A stretch of 49,744 bases of DNA. It comes from a virus (taxonomy: Duplodnaviria; Caudoviricetes). The stretch is from the IMG/VR virus record IMGVR_UViG_3300032212_000019, positions 1-49,744 of that record; one strand, written 5' to 3'. The notes under the pieces were generated by a model, which saw only the letters and a list, made by a program, of their open reading frames with translations, did no database searches and was not told where the DNA came from. This document shows, in pieces, positions 9,624 to 17,720 of the stretch (within the stretch, counting starts at the first letter, position 1; each line of letters starts with the position of its first letter). The translations under genes were made by a program, and so were the position numbers.

Positions 9624-11496
9624 TCTCCTCTTTGGATTGTCTTAACTCATCGAACGCTCTATTAGCACCATCTATAGCACTAAATTCTTTCACTTCGGCT
9701 AACTTAGCCTCAATCTCTAGTTTAGCCCAACCCCGTTCACTTTCATCTTGAGCTACCATCTGTTCTAGCTGGAACTGCTCATTAGGACCTTGCGGTGGCA
9801 TGGTCATAAGCTCTGGGATATTAGGTTGGTCTTGTGCTTCAAGTATACGCTTAGTAACTACCTGTGGGTTTACTGTACCCATTTGCAATACTTCCATCAA
9901 CGCCTGTGCTTTCATAAGTCGCTGTGACTCTGAGGCTACATTAGGGTCAGCTGATGGTTGTACATTTGTTGTATCCAAACTATAATCAGCTTGGAAGATT
10001 TCCATAGCACCTTCTTCACCGATGTCTAGTACTTGGAAGTACGACTCAGGTGGGAGGTAGATGCGGTTAAGTCGGTATAACTTCTTAAACTCTTTCTTAA
10101 GGCTACGGTGCATACGCTTATAGATTGAACTAAATACCTTAAGACCTTGTTCAATTACAGCCATCGTAGTCGTAGCTGGCTGATTCTGTCCCGGGTTCTC
10201 CCCGGTTAAGATGTCTGTTACAGAGCCTAGTTTATTCGCGCTGTTCACCATCATGTCAAGTAGAGTGAATAATACTTGGCTTGGATCCTTAGTTGGTAGA
10301 GGTACGATGCCCTTACGTAAGTCCTCAGAGGTAGAGTTAACTGTCTTCCACTCTCCTAGGCCAAATGCTTTCTTACCACCCTTAATACGGATACCACGAG
10401 AGATGAAGCCAGCGTTTAAGTTATTAAGCGTACCGCTGTCAACAAGTTGGTTAATAAGGGTATTGACAGTGTTGTTAATCGGACCAAGTAAAGTACCGAA
10501 TCCAATATCATAGAAACCTCCGTCTGGGTTAGGTACAAATGAGAACTTAGTGAAGTACTCGACAGGCTTAATCTGAATAACGGTACCATCTTCTTTCAAA
10601 GATACGCCTTCATCGTCCCAACGTCTAACAATACGCACTACATTGCCTGTGTCAAGATTTACAGTAACTACGTAAGGCTCTGCATAACCATCATCATCTA
10701 GGTCAAGGAAACGATGCTGTTCAAGGAACACATAGGGATTAGAGTCATCGCCATATGAAGGGGCATCTACACCACTTCTATTATCTTCACTGTCGTCTAT
10801 CGTATCAGTAGAGGTACCTACGTCAACATCAAGGTACATATCCATTGCTACACGTTCATACACGTCGTTCTCAGATAACTCAAGTACGTGCGTCTTACGT
10901 GGAGCAGATTCTAGGTCCTTAGTCCAGTAATTAACTACAAGGTCTTTAGGGTAGATAAGCTCACTGACGTTATGGCCAAGGCTAGGGTTAAAGTAAGTCT
11001 TCTTAAATACAGAACCAACAATAGGGAGGATAACACATAGCTTATCCATCTCTTCTTCCCAGTTCTCCATTTCTTCAAGAACTTGGTAAGACATATGCTT
11101 ACCTACACGGATAGCAGATTCACGCTTCTGTCCTGTTGGATCAAAACCACTTACTTTAGCCTTAACTACTTGAGTACCCGATACCAGTGCTGGGTACGCT
11201 CTACTTGAGAATTGTAGGGCAGCAGTTGTAAGGATAGGATACTTAACATTTGAAGCACCATCCCAAGGAAAGGACTTCTTCTCAACTGTCTGCATAGCCA
11301 AATCCATTGACTCATCGAAACGGTCTTCCCATTCTGCCCGGGAATCCATGTCTTCGTCATAGGCTTCTACAACAGTTGCGCCAATGTGATGGAGGGTTTG
11401 CTCATCGAGCTCCTCAGCGATATTATCAAAATCCGCTAAGTCCTCAAAAGAATATCCAGTTTCATACATAAAGTTTAGTATCCGGTAATAATACAA
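9577..11496 (-). CDS. Portal protein
   Basis: ~630 aa after TerL; 'PWDGASNV..P', 'NQLVDSGTL.N', 'TTMAVIEQG.KVFS.IYKR' are portal motifs. Confidence 0.85.
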   Translation of the reverse strand: MYYYRILNFMYETGYSFEDLADFDNIAEELDEQTLHHIGATVVEAYDEDMDSRAEWEDRFDESMDLAMQTVEKKSFPWDGASNVKYPILTTAALQFSSRAYPALVSGTQVVKAKVSGFDPTGQKRESAIRVGKHMSYQVLEEMENWEEEMDKLCVILPIVGSVFKKTYFNPSLGHNVSELIYPKDLVVNYWTKDLESAPRKTHVLELSENDVYERVAMDMYLDVDVGTSTDTIDDSEDNRSGVDAPSYGDDSNPYVFLEQHRFLDLDDDGYAEPYVVTVNLDTGNVVRIVRRWDDEGVSLKEDGTVIQIKPVEYFTKFSFVPNPDGGFYDIGFGTLLGPINNTVNTLINQLVDSGTLNNLNAGFISRGIRIKGGKKAFGLGEWKTVNSTSEDLRKGIVPLPTKDPSQVLFTLLDMMVNSANKLGSVTDILTGENPGQNQPATTTMAVIEQGLKVFSSIYKRMHRSLKKEFKKLYRLNRIYLPPESYFQVLDIGEEGAMEIFQADYSLDTTNVQPSADPNVASESQRLMKAQALMEVLQMGTVNPQVVTKRILEAQDQPNIPELMTMPPQGPNEQFQLEQMVAQDESERGWAKLEIEAKLAEVKEFSAIDGANRAFDELRQSKEESASGNNKGRIPTVEK

Positions 11497-12914
11497 CGAC
11501 CAGTAGAATCGTCATCATCTTCGTATTCATCTTCCCAGTCCTCGTCTAGTTTCTCTTCGTGGGTTAAGCCCTCTATGTACTTATCGAGAGCTAGTCCAAC
11601 CCATGCTAGGGAATCTACTTGGTCATCATGCTTAGACCTAGGGAACTGTATCATTTCTTGTTCTAAATCTGCGTACCACGATGCTTCTTTGTTAAAGTAG
11701 ACACCACCAGCTCTCATTCGTGCCTGTATAGAACGTGCCCTACTTGTCTTATCTTTGATAGGTACCATCTCATTAAGTGAGATAAAGATACCCCTATTCT
11801 GCATCTCTTTACGTAGGAAAGGGCCAATAGCTTTCTGGATAGCCCCTGCTTCTACTGTGAATATCTCCGGTTTGTACCGTTTATATACACTGAATATCTC
11901 ATCGATGATCTCAAGGGAATCCCAACGGCCCCTCCGTACATCGATAACGTACATGTTATTTTCACTATCTACACCAACAGTACTAATAACAGTGTAGTCA
12001 GCCCGGTCAGCATCTGAGATAGCAAAGTCAACAGCTGAGTAGTAGTAAAGGTGCTTATCAGCTATATCATCATCATCATACGTTAAGAAGTCTTCTTTCT
12101 TAAAGTAAGCACTTGCTTCATCAATCGGATAGTTAAGGTACTCTTGACTATAACCTTCTGGCATACCTTGTTGGATATACCCGCGTCGGATCCGTTGTAG
12201 ACGCTCTTTGTTAAACTTCTCTGGCCACAGAATCTCCGAGAAGTCTTCATTGTGTGCCCGGTACCGCTTAGATGTCCACTCAGGGTCGTTTAAGAGCCTC
12301 TCTAAGAGCGAATCTAAGTGTAGGATAGTACCTACTATACGTACCTTACAATCGTCTGCTCCAGCGGGTAAGAGGGCCTTAAAGAACCAGTTACGGAACT
12401 TCTCGCGACGGTCCTTATTCATTACCATCTCATCATTCTCAAGGTCATCCCCAAGAATCATATCAGGTCGTCTATTACGCCACTTCATACCACGAACTTT
12501 CTGTTCAGAACCCTTAACTTCTATTCTGAACTGGTAACCATCTTCCATTTCAACGATTACTTTGGTTTGTGCATCGGTAGTAAACTTCATCTTACCGAAT
12601 AAACCGACTAATTCTTCATTTTCTTCCAGTTCTATCTTAATATCACCTAAGAACTGTATGGCCTGCCCTTCTGTATCCGATACAATAACGATATACTTCG
12701 CTTCTCGGAATAATGCTGCACTTAAGGCAAAGCTAAGGGTTACGCTGGTACTCTTAGCGTGGCCACGAGGGGCGGCTAGTGCTACCCAAGGGTCATCTAA
12801 ACAACACATCTCCCATAACTCTGAATGAAAATCAGGTATTGGGGTTGGTTTATCAAACCTACTAGCAAGAACTGACCCAGTAAATCCTTTTACTCCGTGA
12901 GCCGTTAACTTCAA
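11475..12914 (-). CDS. terL: Terminase large subunit
   Basis: Walker A 'APRGHAKS', Walker B 'ILGDDLE', motif III 'VGT', nuclease 'AVDFA', 'HDDQVD'. Confidence 0.95.
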   Translation of the reverse strand: MKLTAHGVKGFTGSVLASRFDKPTPIPDFHSELWEMCCLDDPWVALAAPRGHAKSTSVTLSFALSAALFREAKYIVIVSDTEGQAIQFLGDIKIELEENEELVGLFGKMKFTTDAQTKVIVEMEDGYQFRIEVKGSEQKVRGMKWRNRRPDMILGDDLENDEMVMNKDRREKFRNWFFKALLPAGADDCKVRIVGTILHLDSLLERLLNDPEWTSKRYRAHNEDFSEILWPEKFNKERLQRIRRGYIQQGMPEGYSQEYLNYPIDEASAYFKKEDFLTYDDDDIADKHLYYYSAVDFAISDADRADYTVISTVGVDSENNMYVIDVRRGRWDSLEIIDEIFSVYKRYKPEIFTVEAGAIQKAIGPFLRKEMQNRGIFISLNEMVPIKDKTSRARSIQARMRAGGVYFNKEASWYADLEQEMIQFPRSKHDDQVDSLAWVGLALDKYIEGLTHEEKLDEDWEDEYEDDDDSTGRCIITGY

Positions 12915-13352
12915 TTACTCGCCTTTATGCTTCGTATTGTACTTTTTACCTTTCCAAGTAAAGATTTTTTTACCAGCTGCACGAGCCGCCTTAAATGCTG
13001 AACCAAATGAAGGTGTCTTCTTAGCTGGGGCCTTCTTAGTAGCTGCTTTCTTCGCTGCTGCTGCCTTCTTGCGGTCAGCTGGACCACCTGTACGTACGAT
13101 AGTGGTCTTAGTACTACCACCCTTACCGCCTGTCGTAGACGGTGTACGTTTCAAGGTAATACGGCTACCTTCGCCTTTCTTATGTGCTGTCTTGAAAGGG
13201 TCTTTCTTATTAGTACGTGTCAGAGCCTTGACGATTGTATCACCACCTGACTTCTTACCGCCCTTAACAGGGCCCGGGTTACGTACACGTTTCTTAGCTG
13301 TAGTAGTTGTAGGTTTACGTGGTGCTCTACGTCTTGATGCTCGTGTGGCCAT
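12915..13352 (-). CDS. Highly basic histone H1-like protein
   Basis: K/R/A/T-rich with KKAAAAKKAATKKAPAKK; ends 'F..AF..AR..G.K.F.W.GK.Y.T'. Confidence 0.7.
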   Translation of the reverse strand: MATRASRRRAPRKPTTTTAKKRVRNPGPVKGGKKSGGDTIVKALTRTNKKDPFKTAHKKGEGSRITLKRTPSTTGGKGGSTKTTIVRTGGPADRKKAAAAKKAATKKAPAKKTPSFGSAFKAARAAGKKIFTWKGKKYNTKHKGE

Positions 13353-13879
13353 TACTTATCTTCCTTTGTGACTAACGATACTACAGAGCCACCAGCAACC
13401 TTCTCAAACTTCTCTTGGAGAGTCTCTAAACGGTCTTCTAAGGTAGACTTAGTATCTACATTAATATTCTCACCCCGTACAAGGGCACGTTTGTCGTACA
13501 TGATACCTGCAATAACAGCTGAATCTCTAGCTGAAACAGGTTTATAATCTACCTCAGAACCATTCTTGAATGGGTCACCCTTAATCAAGCGGTCAGCTGT
13601 ATTCTGTAAGGCAAGGTCTAGGATACTGGATAACTTGCGGTCAGCTGCTTGACCCGCTACAGAACGAGCAGCATGGCATACTTCTGTAAACCACTCAGTA
13701 CGTTTCCAAGCAGCACAGGTACCGTAGGTTAGTTCAGCTATTTCAGCTGATTTACGCATAGAGTTACCGCTAACGTAAGCAATAAAGAAATTAGCTACTT
13801 TAGCTGAATCTGTATGTGAACCCTTAAGGTTCTCAATTATCTGTACTAGGTGACTATAATCTAGTTTAAATGAAGGCAT
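13352..13879 (-). CDS. Putative terminase small subunit
   Basis: N-terminal HTH-like segment 'MRKSAEIAELTYGTCAAWK...W'; 'D...IAGI.YDKR.L..G'; upstream of TerL. Confidence 0.65.
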   Translation of the reverse strand: MPSFKLDYSHLVQIIENLKGSHTDSAKVANFFIAYVSGNSMRKSAEIAELTYGTCAAWKRTEWFTEVCHAARSVAGQAADRKLSSILDLALQNTADRLIKGDPFKNGSEVDYKPVSARDSAVIAGIMYDKRALVRGENINVDTKSTLEDRLETLQEKFEKVAGGSVVSLVTKEDK

Positions 13880-14161
13880 CTATTTACCCTTTCGTTTGGT
13901 AGCGGTCTTCTTTCTACCCGCTGTCTTAGTTCTAGCAAAAGAACGATTACCTTTCTTAGATTGAACCTTGAGATTACTCTTACTATTATTCTTGGTATTA
14001 TTATCTTTATGGGCTACATCTTTACCAGCTATCTTCTTACCCGCTTTCTTAGCAATTAACCGGGCTCTGTTATTAGCTGCACGTTTAGGCTTCTCACCTC
14101 TAGCATCGCTAGTACGCTTTTCTTGCTTGTAGTTACGCTTGTAGTTAGGAGATGAAGGCAC
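13880..14161 (-). CDS. Basic HNH-like endonuclease
   Basis: 'RNYK.E', 'DVAHKDNN..NN..SNL.V.....NR' HNH-like core; GTG start at 14161 coupled to the upstream stop. Confidence 0.6.
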   Translation of the reverse strand: MPSSPNYKRNYKQEKRTSDARGEKPKRAANNRARLIAKKAGKKIAGKDVAHKDNNTKNNSKSNLKVQSKKGNRSFARTKTAGRKKTATKRKGK

Positions 14162-14319
14162 TAAGCTGCTCCACCAACACACTTACCATTGACCATCTTA
14201 CCACCAACAGCTTTACAATTACGGATAGCTGCCTTAGAACCAGAGCCCTTAGTGTACCCCTTCTTACTGGAAGGAGGTATAGAACCCATGGCTAATTTTT
14301 GACTCATCTTCTTTTGCAT
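14161..14319 (-). CDS. 52-aa basic protein (not in ORF track)
   Basis: MQKKMSQKLAMGSIPPSSKKG...CKAVGGKMVNGKCVGGAA; GGAG RBS; fills the gap. Confidence 0.55.
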   Translation of the reverse strand: MQKKMSQKLAMGSIPPSSKKGYTKGSGSKAAIRNCKAVGGKMVNGKCVGGAA

Positions 14320-14321
14320 TT

Positions 14322-14561
14322 CTAAATCTCCACCTTAGCTACTTCTTCAATACGGTCTACACAACCAACAGGGTATTCATTTACATCTGCCCATTTCTTA
14401 TTAATCTTATCGTAGGTAGACCCTATTCTGTAGACACCATTTGTCTTATTCACATAGAAACCAGCTGACTTAAGAACTGGAAGGGCTTTAGTAGGTTCAT
14501 CCTGCCACCCTGATGTACACTCAATATCTTTCCAATGTACTATTACCAATCGTTTCTTCAT
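14322..14561 (-). CDS. Conserved small phage protein, first gene of the late arm
   Basis: 'V.V.W.D....GW', 'S.GF', 'P.GCV..I' motif common upstream of terminases. Confidence 0.7.
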   Translation of the reverse strand: MKKRLVIVHWKDIECTSGWQDEPTKALPVLKSAGFYVNKTNGVYRIGSTYDKINKKWADVNEYPVGCVDRIEEVAKVEI

Positions 14562-14853
14562 TTAGCTGATACCTGAATTAGGGGGTTCCAAGTTTTTGTC
14601 AGCTGAGTTGGAACCGTAAAAGGAACTCAGGTTGAGCTGAGAAATCAATCTAGCTTCAATTCTTGTTACTGGGACAGGGCGGGTGGGTACCACCGGGTAT
14701 ATTAGCTATACCTATGTAATATAAGTAAGCTAAGCTGAATAAAGAATCTCCTAAGTCATTCAGAGTAGAATACCCTAGGAGTTTTACAAGGTGTGTGAAG
14801 TGTATATAACCTTGTAAGCTAAGACAGTATAAATTTCCTTAGTCTATACTAAT

Positions 14854-14882
14854 ATTATACCATATATACTAACAAAAGTCAA
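14854..14882 (-). promoter_or_regulatory. sigma70 promoter for the structural arm
   Basis: TTGACT-17-TATAAT with extended -10 TGG on the minus strand. Confidence 0.8.
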
Positions 14883-15094
14883 GCACTTTCTTCATCTAAT
14901 TTAGTGATGTGAGGTATAACAAGGACTTACAGGGAAGGGCTCTTTAGAAAATATATAAATTGTGACAAGGGGGGTATCCTCCCCATCTGGCAAGGGGGCG
15001 GTCTTTGTCCCCCCGTACCCCTCGGCTTGAACTGGATTAATTCTAAGGATAACCCCACGTATACTGGGTCAATTGGTACACCTCAGGCAGGCTG

Positions 15095-15111
15095 GTATAC
15101 CTCGGGTATAA
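15095..15111. repeat. 17-bp palindrome copy (GTATACC-TCG-GGTATAA)
   Basis: 1 mismatch to TTATACC-N3-GGTATAA. Confidence 0.7.
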
Positions 15112-15331
15112 CTCAGTTAGCTGGATACAATTGGCTAACCCCATCGAGCCTATGTTGTCCCTTTGTCCTGAGGACGTTGGATTGTAAGGGGAGACCCCCC
15201 CCCATATAAACCAAGTACTTACCAGTCAATCACCATATACCCCCCAGACCGCCGGAGAGCCCTTGTAAGCGACTATCTATAAACCCTTACCATAGCACTA
15301 CTACGTTCAGGTTATAGCCTTAGACGTACAG

Positions 15332-15369
15332 CGCACCAACACAGTGCAAGAGTGCACCAGGATAGTGCA
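15332..15369. promoter_or_regulatory. Two tandem NtrC-like boxes
   Basis: CGCACCAACACAGTGCA (15332-15348) and TGCACCAGGATAGTGCA (15353-15369); GCAC-N7-GTGC; centres 21 bp apart. Confidence 0.65.
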
Positions 15370-15385
15370 ATATAATACATAACCT

Positions 15386-15398
15386 TATCAATACCTTA
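15386..15398 (+). promoter_or_regulatory. IHF consensus site 1
   Basis: TATCAATACCTTA matches WATCAANNNNTTR. Confidence 0.55.
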
Positions 15399-15402
15399 TG
15401 GC

Positions 15403-15422
15403 CTAGATGATAATCATTATCA
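15403..15422. promoter_or_regulatory. Fur box
   Basis: Perfect 7-1-7 TGATAAT-C-ATTATCA at 15408-15422; 15/19 match to GATAATGATAATCATTATC. Confidence 0.75.
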
Positions 15423-15428
15423 ATAACA

Positions 15429-15445
15429 CGCACTATTATGGTGCA
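15429..15445. promoter_or_regulatory. Third NtrC-like box
   Basis: CGCACTATTATGGTGCA. Confidence 0.7.
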
Positions 15446-15479
15446 AATCAGGGTATACTTATATACTAAACTGTAATAA

Positions 15480-15492
15480 AATCAATGACTTA
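15480..15492 (+). promoter_or_regulatory. IHF consensus site 2
   Basis: AATCAATGACTTA matches WATCAANNNNTTR, directly upstream of the -24 element. Confidence 0.65.
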
Positions 15493-15496
15493 AAAC

Positions 15497-15513
15497 TTGG
15501 CACGGTAACTGCA
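15497..15513 (+). promoter_or_regulatory. sigma54 (-24/-12) promoter
   Basis: TTGGCACG-GTAA-CTGCA; GG-N10-GC spacing; ~60 bp upstream of the first early ATG. Confidence 0.75.
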
Positions 15514-15551
15514 TTATATTACAGTAACTTTAACAGGCCATTTGGCCACAC

Positions 15552-15568
15552 TTATATCAGGGGTATAA
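15552..15568. repeat. 17-bp palindrome copy containing the RBS
   Basis: TTATATC-AGG-GGTATAA, 3 nt before ATG 15572. Confidence 0.75.
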
Positions 15569-15571
15569 AAC

Positions 15572-15781
15572 ATGACTAAACTAAACATAGGCGACACACT
15601 TCCAAACGGGGCTTTACTACTAGCCGAGCATAACAACGTGGTATTAGCCAAGGCACGAGGCGTAGAGCCTTATGTAACGTGGGAACATAACGGCGACTAT
15701 GGCACTTACTGGGGTCACTACTTCCGTAATGAAGCCGATGCAATGCGCGACTACTTAAACCGTTCTAACGTGGGGGCATAG
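15572..15781 (+). CDS. First early gene, hypothetical
   Basis: 'YVTW....G..YWGHYF' motif; downstream of the sigma54 promoter. Confidence 0.7.
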   Translation: MTKLNIGDTLPNGALLLAEHNNVVLAKARGVEPYVTWEHNGDYGTYWGHYFRNEADAMRDYLNRSNVGA

Positions 15782-15868
15782 GTTAATGATAGACTTCAAA
15801 TACTACTGGGGCTTATACGTATATTGTGGCGTTATGTTTTTACTAACACTTATCGAGAGGGTTTACGC

Positions 15869-16072
15869 ATGAACTATTACACTACAATCAACGGGAATAT
15901 TAAAGGCGTACATGACAACATAGCCGATGCACGTCGGCAGTTATTAAAGGCTGTACTGGTACGCTCAAAGGACTACTTTCACGCGCTCACTAATGACTAT
16001 ATGGGTATTGATGGGTTAATGAGTGTACACGTTAACGGCGACGATATTAAAATCGAGAGGGTAGCGGGATGA
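15869..16072 (+). CDS. Early hypothetical protein
   Basis: MNYY start with GAGAGG RBS inside ORF 15824..16072. Confidence 0.6.
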   Translation: MNYYTTINGNIKGVHDNIADARRQLLKAVLVRSKDYFHALTNDYMGIDGLMSVHVNGDDIKIERVAG

Positions 16073-16236
16073 TTGACAAAGACGATGAAAATTACAAGGC
16101 GGGTTATCAGGCACACTGGGAATATATCACATTTGGTATAGAGCCAGAGTACACACCAATTCAAGACGGCTCGCCACAAGATGAAGCATATATGGCGGGA
16201 TGGAGTGCATCGGAAAGAGTTAAACGCTGGAATTAA
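16069..16236 (+). CDS. 55-aa RMF-like small protein (not in ORF track)
   Basis: MIDKDDENYKAGYQAHW...P...EAYMAGWSA; ATGA overlap with the upstream stop. Confidence 0.55.
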   Translation: MIDKDDENYKAGYQAHWEYITFGIEPEYTPIQDGSPQDEAYMAGWSASERVKRWN

Positions 16237-16265
16237 TTGACAGGGTATAGAGTATATGAGATTAT
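16237..16265 (+). promoter_or_regulatory. sigma70 promoter
   Basis: TTGACA-17-GATTAT with TG extended -10. Confidence 0.55.
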
Positions 16266-16319
16266 GTACTCTATGCCGTATCAATTGGATACGATATACA
16301 ACCAAAAGAGGGTAAGACA

Positions 16320-16919
16320 ATGGAATTAGTACAAAATGACACAACCGAGCAAGCTATCGATTTTCAACTAGTTGAGCAATACGAGAAGGACTTGACCAAG
16401 GCCGCTACTGATATGCTTACAGGTGAAACTGGATACAAGGCGCAAGTGTACAAGCTACTTGGCAGTGAGCACCACCTAGACGAAGGTATGCTGGCAATGG
16501 TGCGTATGTTCAGTGCTATTGAGCATAGCTATACTAAAGAGCAGGGAAAGGAAAAGAACCAAACACTATCTAAGCTACGCAAGGCTATAGCTAGATTTTG
16601 TGAAGATACTGATACTGAAAAGCTCACAGTTAAGGTGCGTAAAGTATCAGATGTAAGTGATAGCTTAATGCATACCGACCACGGCGAGGGAACCGTTATG
16701 GCTCTCGTACCCGCTAAAGCTCAGGCCAAGAAACAAGGTGGCGAGGGCTCAGAGGGTGAAGGTGAGCAAGAGTCAGATGGTGATGCGCTTATGGCTACAC
16801 TAGATAGTGAGTATCAGGTCGCGGTCAATGCTTTTCGCAAAGACCCTTGCCTCAATAACAAGCTAATACTTGACGGTATCATGGAGCAGATGATAACAGT
16901 GAGTGTATTAGCGGCTTAG
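16320..16919 (+). CDS. Early hypothetical acidic protein
   Basis: 199-aa ORF with GAGG RBS; no recognised motif. Confidence 0.75.
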   Translation: MELVQNDTTEQAIDFQLVEQYEKDLTKAATDMLTGETGYKAQVYKLLGSEHHLDEGMLAMVRMFSAIEHSYTKEQGKEKNQTLSKLRKAIARFCEDTDTEKLTVKVRKVSDVSDSLMHTDHGEGTVMALVPAKAQAKKQGGEGSEGEGEQESDGDALMATLDSEYQVAVNAFRKDPCLNNKLILDGIMEQMITVSVLAA

Positions 16920-16920
16920 G

Positions 16921-16961
16921 TTTATCAGATACCCTTGTATTATGCAGGGGTATCGAATAAA
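16921..16961 (+). other. Intergenic RNA hairpin
   Basis: GATACCCTTGTAT pairs with ATGCAGGGGTATC (two G-U pairs), flanked by TTTAT/ATAAA. Confidence 0.6.
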
Positions 16962-16962
16962 C

Positions 16963-16979
16963 TTATACCAAGGGTATAA
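16963..16979. repeat. 17-bp palindrome copy
   Basis: TTATACC-AAG-GGTATAA. Confidence 0.85.
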
Positions 16980-17010
16980 CTTACTACATTCACGAAAAGG
17001 AGAAGGACAA

Positions 17011-17166
17011 ATGAATAACTACACATACGAGCAAAAGGTAGAAATGTATAAGGCAGGCACATACAAATTTGAAGTACCACCTGTATGCACTGTACCTTGG
17101 GACGTGGATAGTTGGATAAGGTTTATTGATGCCTGTGATGGGTGGCCTAAACTAGAGCCGATATGA
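17011..17166 (+). CDS. Early hypothetical protein
   Basis: MNNY start after AGGAG/AAGGA RBS. Confidence 0.65.
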   Translation: MNNYTYEQKVEMYKAGTYKFEVPPVCTVPWDVDSWIRFIDACDGWPKLEPI

Positions 17167-17168
17167 GC

Positions 17169-17197
17169 TTGACAGGGGTATAGGCATAGGGTAGCAT
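17169..17197 (+). promoter_or_regulatory. sigma70 promoter
   Basis: TTGACA-17-TAGCAT. Confidence 0.5.
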
Positions 17198-17257
17198 AGG
17201 GTATATGGAGAAAGTCGCTTAGAGAGCTTCTAAGGAGCTTACAAAGGACATTTAGAT

Positions 17258-17683
17258 ATGAACATAGATAACTTACTACATACAATCGAGACTAATGCCC
17301 CTAAGCGGTTCAGGGTGTCACTTGATGCACCTAACACATACCCTGAACTTATATCTCGGTATAACTCGGATGGGATATTGACAGTGTATAGCGGTGCTAG
17401 TGATAAGTGCTTATATCCTGAGCGGTATAATCATCTGTTTAGGGCTTGGCATGATATGGTACACATTGATAATGGCTTGACGTTTAGCTTTGATGATGAG
17501 CTTGAGGTAGCTCGGATACAGTGCAGTAAGTGTAAGGACTTGTTATCTAAGGACTTATTATGGCTTGACATAGCAGGCCAAGTATGGTACTATGAAACTC
17601 ATAAGAAATATGTTGACAACCAAGCTGAGTTCGTGTATGGTTTATATGAATCTGGCTTACGATATGGAGATTTACCAAACTAA
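17258..17683 (+). CDS. Conserved phage protein, possible metal-dependent enzyme
   Basis: 'N.LFRAWHD..H' and 'F...E' motif. Confidence 0.65.
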   Translation: MNIDNLLHTIETNAPKRFRVSLDAPNTYPELISRYNSDGILTVYSGASDKCLYPERYNHLFRAWHDMVHIDNGLTFSFDDELEVARIQCSKCKDLLSKDLLWLDIAGQVWYYETHKKYVDNQAEFVYGLYESGLRYGDLPN

Positions 17684-17685
17684 AC

Positions 17686-17702
17686 TTATACCACAGGTAT
17701 AA
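17686..17702. repeat. 17-bp palindrome copy
   Basis: TTATACC-ACA-GGTATAA, intergenic. Confidence 0.85.
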
Positions 17703-17720
17703 CTAATAGGAGAAAGAATA

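Noticed and set aside
12911-13120. 69-aa alternative-frame ORF inside the basic protein gene
   Set aside because: Same-strand overlap arising from low-complexity codons; no independent support
400-14182. Numerous + strand ORFs antisense to structural genes (also 34206-49429), and - strand ORFs over the early arm
   Set aside because: Shadow frames of well-supported genes, with no RBS or recognisable motifs
15027-15209. 60-aa TTG-start ORF in the control region
   Set aside because: No RBS, low-complexity GC tracts, no motif; likely non-coding
17349-17364. 16-bp palindrome variants inside genes (here and near 23410)
   Set aside because: One base shorter, with a mismatch, and intragenic; may be chance
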